NCBI GenBank assembly: GCA_964597355.1
Contig: CAZQWS010000002.1
Coordinates: 34,262-98,261, forward strand
From: an uncultured Bdellovibrionales bacterium
Lineage (GTDB): Bacteria > Patescibacteriota > Minisyncoccia > Moranbacterales > UBA1568
Reading direction: 5' to 3'
Length of the DNA: 64,000 nt
This document shows positions 59,102 to 64,000 of the stretch, piece by piece. Within the stretch, counting starts at the first letter, position 1. Every line of letters starts with the position of its first letter. The notes beneath the pieces are model-generated. The model did not search any database and had not been told where the DNA came from. It was given only the letters and a program-made list of their open reading frames with translations. A program made the position numbers and the translations under genes.

Positions 59102-60742
59102 TTAGCGGGACAAAAATTGCCAGGCGACAAAAGCCACATAGCCACTCACGAGGGCGATATACCAATGGGTTAAGTGGCGGTAATTGAAATAACGGTGGTC
59201 TTTGGAGCTCATTTGGAGGAGCCAGTAGGCGATGGAACCAAAGAAAAAGGCTAAGAAAAAAAGGTGGGGCACGTCAAAAACGAAGACACTCATCATGAAC
59301 ATGATAAGGAGCATACCACCGATGAATTGTTTGGCTCTCGCTTCACCGAGAAGGACGGGGAGGGTGTGGACTCCATCAGCCTTGTCCCCCGGAATGTCTT
59401 TGAAATCCTTGATGGGGAGGAGGAATGTGTAGGCGATAAAAAGGAGAGTGGGAACCGACCAGGGAAGGGTAGTGATGCTCTTTTCGGTCGAGAAAACGGT
59501 ATAGCCACCGAGGAAAATGAGGAGGCTCGCTCCTGAAGCAAGAAGCGTGGCAAGAATGGGAAAGCGCTTGAGGCGGAGTGGCCAAGCAGAGTACACCCAG
59601 GCAATTGCTTGGTAGAGCGCGAGGAGTACGGCGAGTTGCGTAGAAATGAAACCGGCAAAAAAGAGGGAGAAGCTAAAGGCGAGCACTCCGATGGTGGCAT
59701 AGGTAGGCCGGTCGATAGCATGCGTAATGAGAGGGCGTTCTGGATTGGTGAGGGTATCAATCGATACGTCGTGGAGATCGTTTACAATGACCGAGGTAAG
59801 CCAGGCCAATACTACAGCAAAGATCATCATAAAGAGGCCAATCCAGTGCATCCAATCGTTTTCAAAGGTGATTTTCCCTTCATACACAAACACGAGTCCG
59901 GCACCAATGAGCAAAAGACCGGCGTGGTAGATTACTTGGGGAAGACGGAGATTATGCCAGAGGGCCGAGAGGGTAGTGCGAAAAAAGCAAGAAAGAATAC
60001 CGAGGACAAGGAGGGGGAGGAGGAGGGCGTACACGAGCCCCATCTTAATCGCTAAGACCACAGCTACATTGGGAGGACTGATGAAATACAGTGGTTCGGG
60101 GGAAAGCATGAAACCAGCCACATCTAGTTCCGTGAGTGTGAAAAATCCTTCGCTTGGTCCCATGAGGAAGAGCGTCACGAGGGAAGGAAGGGCACCAATG
60201 AGAAAGAGAACGGTGTAGAGGATGAGAGTACCAAAAAGGGTGCGAAGGAGGTTTCTTGTTTTGATCCATACGTACAAAGTCGTAGAGAAGAGTACGAGGG
60301 CTACCTCAGTCCGCACTCCGTATGTGATGCCGACATCAGGCCGATCACCAAAAAAGGTCAAATAACGTTCTCCAAGACCAGCCAGCCCGTCGAATGTATA
60401 GAAACTCCAGAAACCTGCTCCTCGTGAAATAATTTCATCAATAATAGGAGGAACCCAAATGATAAGGAAACCGAAGCATAGTATGGTGGCTGCCTGTCGG
60501 ATATTGACCCGAGCGAGCCAGGCTACTACTGGGAGAGCAGCGAGGTAAGTGAAGGAAAAAGTAAAGAAGAAATGGGAAAGTTTGTAGAAGTAATGGTCAG
60601 CGAAGTAAAACGGGTTGTGTTCAAAAAAAAGTTCGATCGCCACCCGAACGGCAATAATAGCAAAGAGAGTGATGAACCATGTCCCCAAGGTGAACGGTAT
60701 AGTTTCAATTTTTTCAAAAAGAAGTTGTAGGCGTTTTTCCAT
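59102..60742 (-). CDS. UbiA-family prenyltransferase with long N-terminal membrane extension
   Basis: NDLHDVSID..TNPERP, YS..P.RLKR, KDFKDIPGD..DGV.TLP. Confidence 0.82.
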   Translation of the reverse strand: MEKRLQLLFEKIETIPFTLGTWFITLFAIIAVRVAIELFFEHNPFYFADHYFYKLSHFFFTFSFTYLAALPVVAWLARVNIRQAATILCFGFLIIWVPPIIDEIISRGAGFWSFYTFDGLAGLGERYLTFFGDRPDVGITYGVRTEVALVLFSTTLYVWIKTRNLLRTLFGTLILYTVLFLIGALPSLVTLFLMGPSEGFFTLTELDVAGFMLSPEPLYFISPPNVAVVLAIKMGLVYALLLPLLVLGILSCFFRTTLSALWHNLRLPQVIYHAGLLLIGAGLVFVYEGKITFENDWMHWIGLFMMIFAVVLAWLTSVIVNDLHDVSIDTLTNPERPLITHAIDRPTYATIGVLAFSFSLFFAGFISTQLAVLLALYQAIAWVYSAWPLRLKRFPILATLLASGASLLIFLGGYTVFSTEKSITTLPWSVPTLLFIAYTFLLPIKDFKDIPGDKADGVHTLPVLLGEARAKQFIGGMLLIMFMMSVFVFDVPHLFFLAFFFGSIAYWLLQMSSKDHRYFNYRHLTHWYIALVSGYVAFVAWQFLSR

Positions 60743-60992
60743 AGTGTTTTAGTATACCACCATACCAAGCGATGTCTATACTCTTGGCTTGTAGCTGGTA
60801 TCCAGTTAAGGAATTTCACGTTTTTTGATAGATGAGCTTCTCGGAATAGGTGTTGGGTATACGGCATCTCCCTTGGCGGAGCTATTTGACGGGAAGTTCC
60901 TTTTATGAGGTGCTTTTGTAAGACTACTTCGGAAGTAGGGACTTGTTTGCTATACTAAAGAAGTGCCAATTCATCCGTTTAACAGTTTCCTT

Positions 60993-61541
60993 ATGATTGG
61001 ATTTATTTTTTTAGGTATTGTTGTTTTGGTATTGCTCATGGGGGTGGTGTATTACAACAAATTTGTCCGGCTCAATGCTCGGACAGATGAGGCCTGGAGT
61101 GATATCGATGTGCAACTCAAGCGTCGCTATGATCTTATCCCGAACCTTATTAATACGGTAAAGGGATATGCGACCCATGAGCGCGAACTCTTGGAACGAG
61201 TGACCGAGGCTCGTAGTAAGGCAATGCAAGCTGGCTCCGTCGAAGATCATGCCCAGGCGGAAAACATGCTGGCCGGGGCTCTCAAGAGCTTGTTTGCAGT
61301 ATCAGAGAACTATCCAGACCTCAAAGCCAATACCAATTTCCTTGAACTCCAACGTGAACTATCTGATACGGAGAACAAGATCCAAGCGGCTCGCCGTTTC
61401 TACAATGGCAATGTGATGGAACTTAACTCGGCGGTCGATATGTTCCCATCCAATATCGTCGCGAGCATGTTCAAATTTGTGAAGCGCGAATTCTTTGAAA
61501 TCAACGAAGCTGAAAAAGAGCCAGTAAAGGTAGGGTTCTAG
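60993..61541 (+). CDS. lemA: LemA family protein
   Basis: YN, AWSDIDVQLKRRYDLIPNL, ENYPDLKAN, ARRFYN, FPSN. Confidence 0.96.
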   Translation: MIGFIFLGIVVLVLLMGVVYYNKFVRLNARTDEAWSDIDVQLKRRYDLIPNLINTVKGYATHERELLERVTEARSKAMQAGSVEDHAQAENMLAGALKSLFAVSENYPDLKANTNFLELQRELSDTENKIQAARRFYNGNVMELNSAVDMFPSNIVASMFKFVKREFFEINEAEKEPVKVGF

Positions 61542-61600
61542 CCCATCCTTCTCACCTGGTATACTGAGAGATAGACGATTTCTGTCTATCTTTTTGCTTT

Positions 61601-62068
61601 ATGAATACTGCTTCAAAAAAAGGTATTTGGATAGCGGTGGCTCTTATTGCTCTATGTGTTGCCACAGCTCTCGGCGCACTGTTTTTTGGAAGAAAAGTGT
61701 TTCCAGAAAATCTTTCTCCAGCCATGAAAAGTTTCCGTTCGTATGCCCAAACAAAGGGATTGGAAATTGATGGGGCGCTCGTGCGTCGAGATGGATCCAA
61801 CGCAAGGTATCGAGCTATTCTTCACATAGGAGAACAGGAAGACAATCATTTTTTCTTTATCGATGAATTTGCCAAGGAGAGTGACGCTCGGTTGAGGAAA
61901 GAGCAATTGAGAGCAAATGACATGGTGACTCCAGCCAGAGTCGTTCAGAACAGTACTTTTGTTTTGTACATTTCGAACGATTGGGATCCCAATGATCCAC
62001 TGGCCGAGAAATTGAAGGAGACCTTTCAGTCTTGGCGAGCGGTGCCTTCGCCGGCAACACAACTCTAG
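61601..62068 (+). CDS. Membrane-anchored hypothetical protein between lemA and htpX
   Basis: N-terminal TM; 155-aa ORF. Confidence 0.6.
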   Translation: MNTASKKGIWIAVALIALCVATALGALFFGRKVFPENLSPAMKSFRSYAQTKGLEIDGALVRRDGSNARYRAILHIGEQEDNHFFFIDEFAKESDARLRKEQLRANDMVTPARVVQNSTFVLYISNDWDPNDPLAEKLKETFQSWRAVPSPATQL

Positions 62069-62103
62069 ACAACGGGGAGAGAAAATCGTATACTGTAACC
62101 TCT

Positions 62104-62994
62104 ATGGCAACTGCATATACTCATTCCAGTAAGAATATCAGCCTCACTTGGCTGTACCTGTCCATCTTTTTGATAGTTGTGATCGGGATCGGCTATGTGT
62201 TTGCCCAGGCTTACGGCAGTAGCGTCATCCTGTATGTCGCGGTCGGTTTTTCTGTGATCACAAGCTTTGCTTCGTATTGGTGGAGTGACCGGATTGTACT
62301 TTCGATGTCACACGCCCAATTAGTTAAGCGTGAAAACCACCCAGAGCTTTACACGCTGGTTGAAAATCTGGCGATTACGGCCGGGCTGCCGACGCCCAAG
62401 ATTTATATTACCAATGACCCAGCCCTCAATGCTTTTGCCACGGGTCGCAATCCCGAGCATGGCGTGATTTGTTTCACGACCGGCATCCTCGCCCGCCTCA
62501 ATCGTGTGGAGCTCGAAGGCGTCGCAGCTCACGAGCTCTCCCATATCAAGAACCGTGACACGCTTGTTTCGACCGTCGTGGTAATTCTCGCTGGTTTTAT
62601 TTCGATTCTCGCGGATATGTTTCAGCATTCACTTATCTTCGGAGGTTCACGGGATAATGATAATCGCAACAATGGCATGATGATGATTGTGGGTATCGTA
62701 CTTTCGATTCTCGCTCCGATCGCAGCCCTCCTTATCCGTCTAGCGATTTCCAGGAAACGCGAGCTCCTCGCTGATGCCTCGGGAGCTCTTATGACTCGTT
62801 ATCCAGAAGGACTTGCTAGTGCCCTCCAAAAAATTTCTGGCGATCCGCAACCGGTAGCGACCGCGAGTGATGCTACAGCCCACCTCTATATCTCCAATCC
62901 TTTCAAAGGCCGGCACCTGACACGACTTTTTATGACTCATCCACCTGTAGAGGAGCGTATTGCCGCCCTTCGTGACATGAACTTGGGTCGCTAA
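62104..62994 (+). CDS. htpX: M48 zinc metalloprotease HtpX
   Basis: NAFATGRNP, AHELSH, SRKRELLAD, THPPVEERI. Confidence 0.95.
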   Translation: MATAYTHSSKNISLTWLYLSIFLIVVIGIGYVFAQAYGSSVILYVAVGFSVITSFASYWWSDRIVLSMSHAQLVKRENHPELYTLVENLAITAGLPTPKIYITNDPALNAFATGRNPEHGVICFTTGILARLNRVELEGVAAHELSHIKNRDTLVSTVVVILAGFISILADMFQHSLIFGGSRDNDNRNNGMMMIVGIVLSILAPIAALLIRLAISRKRELLADASGALMTRYPEGLASALQKISGDPQPVATASDATAHLYISNPFKGRHLTRLFMTHPPVEERIAALRDMNLGR

Positions 62995-62997
62995 CCT

Positions 62998-63438
62998 ATG
63001 CTTCCCCGCTCATCCTTTGTTCGGGCCAAACCAAAAACGCTTTCAGCCGGCAAAATAGGCCGGTATTATTTTACGTTGCATTCAGAATACAAAATGCGTG
63101 AGTATTATTTGTCACGACAGCGCGTGATCCGGATTATTCGTAGTCCTAGACGAACTGAAGTCGGCATTGTCGAGAACACGATTGCCGTGATGCAGCCGGC
63201 TTCGACCAAAACAGTCGGTGGCAAAGAAACCTGGACTCAGGAATTGTGGGTGATGTATCGGGTACACTCACCGACGAAGCTTTCCAAATCCAAACTCGAG
63301 CAACTTTTGAATCAGGCTGAGCTCAAGATTATCAGTGCCTGGCGCTATCCCGGGGTAAGTCCGAAGAGGGATCCTATCCCCAGTGATATTCTACGGGAAA
63401 TTGAAAATAGAGGAGAGAATTCTGATGAAATGGCTTAA
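62998..63438 (+). CDS. Hypothetical protein (possible RelE/DUF4258-like fold)
   Basis: FTLHSEYKM...R..RSP.R.E.G and IISAWRYPG patterns. Confidence 0.5.
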   Translation: MLPRSSFVRAKPKTLSAGKIGRYYFTLHSEYKMREYYLSRQRVIRIIRSPRRTEVGIVENTIAVMQPASTKTVGGKETWTQELWVMYRVHSPTKLSKSKLEQLLNQAELKIISAWRYPGVSPKRDPIPSDILREIENRGENSDEMA

Positions 63439-63634
63439 ATAAGCCAAATAAATAAGATTTCTTCAGAAAAGGCTTCAGTAAGCCTTTTCTTTTACTTTAT
63501 TTAAGCTTCAAAGATGCTATTTTAGCATTGACTCCAAGGCTATTTTGGAGTATAATGTCTTTTCAGTACCTTAACGAGCTTTTCGAAGCTCATACCGGCC
63601 ATTTCGGCCATCTCAACCGCTCAAGGAGAGCAAC

Positions 63635-63916
63635 ATGGCTTTTCAAGCAATCGTTATCCCGTCCGCTCCGTCAAAGCAAGCTCTCTGGGAGATCCAGATC
63701 TTGCCGGAGCATCGGACGCAAACGAATTTCAAGTGGGAGACGATCCGGCACTTTGTGCTGATCAACTTCGTCTCGAGTGACGAAGAACCTCCGACCACGA
63801 TCGAGGAAACCCCTGAGGGTGGAATTCGCATCCGGTTCCATCCCAGCCGGGAGAACGAGAGGCAATTGTGTCATGTTCTGGGCTGGTTGGCTGCACCACG
63901 CAGCTACATGTCCTAG
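63635..63916 (+). CDS. Orphan hypothetical protein
   Basis: Own promoter TTGACT(63528)-17-TATAAT; SD AAGGAG. Confidence 0.55.
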   Translation: MAFQAIVIPSAPSKQALWEIQILPEHRTQTNFKWETIRHFVLINFVSSDEEPPTTIEETPEGGIRIRFHPSRENERQLCHVLGWLAAPRSYMS

Positions 63917-64000
63917 GACAAGACTGAACAAGTTGGGAGATGTAATTAGAACTCTAACAAGCATCTCCCCTCGACTTGGATTACGAATAGCGATATTCGC

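Overview
This window is the replication-origin region of a small-genome bacterium of the Candidate Phyla Radiation (Patescibacteria/Parcubacteria-like). That call is inferred from gene content, a short TilS, core genes largely lacking Shine-Dalgarno motifs, VirB2-type pilin fusions and several Wzy_C/O-antigen-ligase paralogues. It holds dciA-dnaN-oriC-dnaA/rpmH-rnpA-yidC-jag, a surface-glycosylation block, ahpC-sod-nrdAB, ten intact tRNA genes, ftsH-tilS-gmk-rpsA, gyrA, rpsO, pnp, yraN-dksA-lspA-comM-rlpA-rsmA and lemA-htpX, interspersed with orphan single-gene islets. Five things stand out. (1) Both tRNA-Val loci consist of an older tRNA gene broken inside its anticodon by a small palindromic element, plus a different intact tRNA-Val. 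One replacement is nested inside the element; the other is fused onto the broken gene. (2) A ~780-nt, highly base-paired region behind a consensus sigma70 promoter, with no credible ORF, is a candidate large ncRNA. (3) Six perfect parS palindromes are written into one membrane-protein ORF in all three codon phases. (4) A tRNA-Gly 3'-end duplication carries anti-T-arm motifs. (5) Orphan genes share a promoter/strong-SD architecture that core genes lack. Everything comes from reading the sequence by eye; no database searches or folding programs were run.
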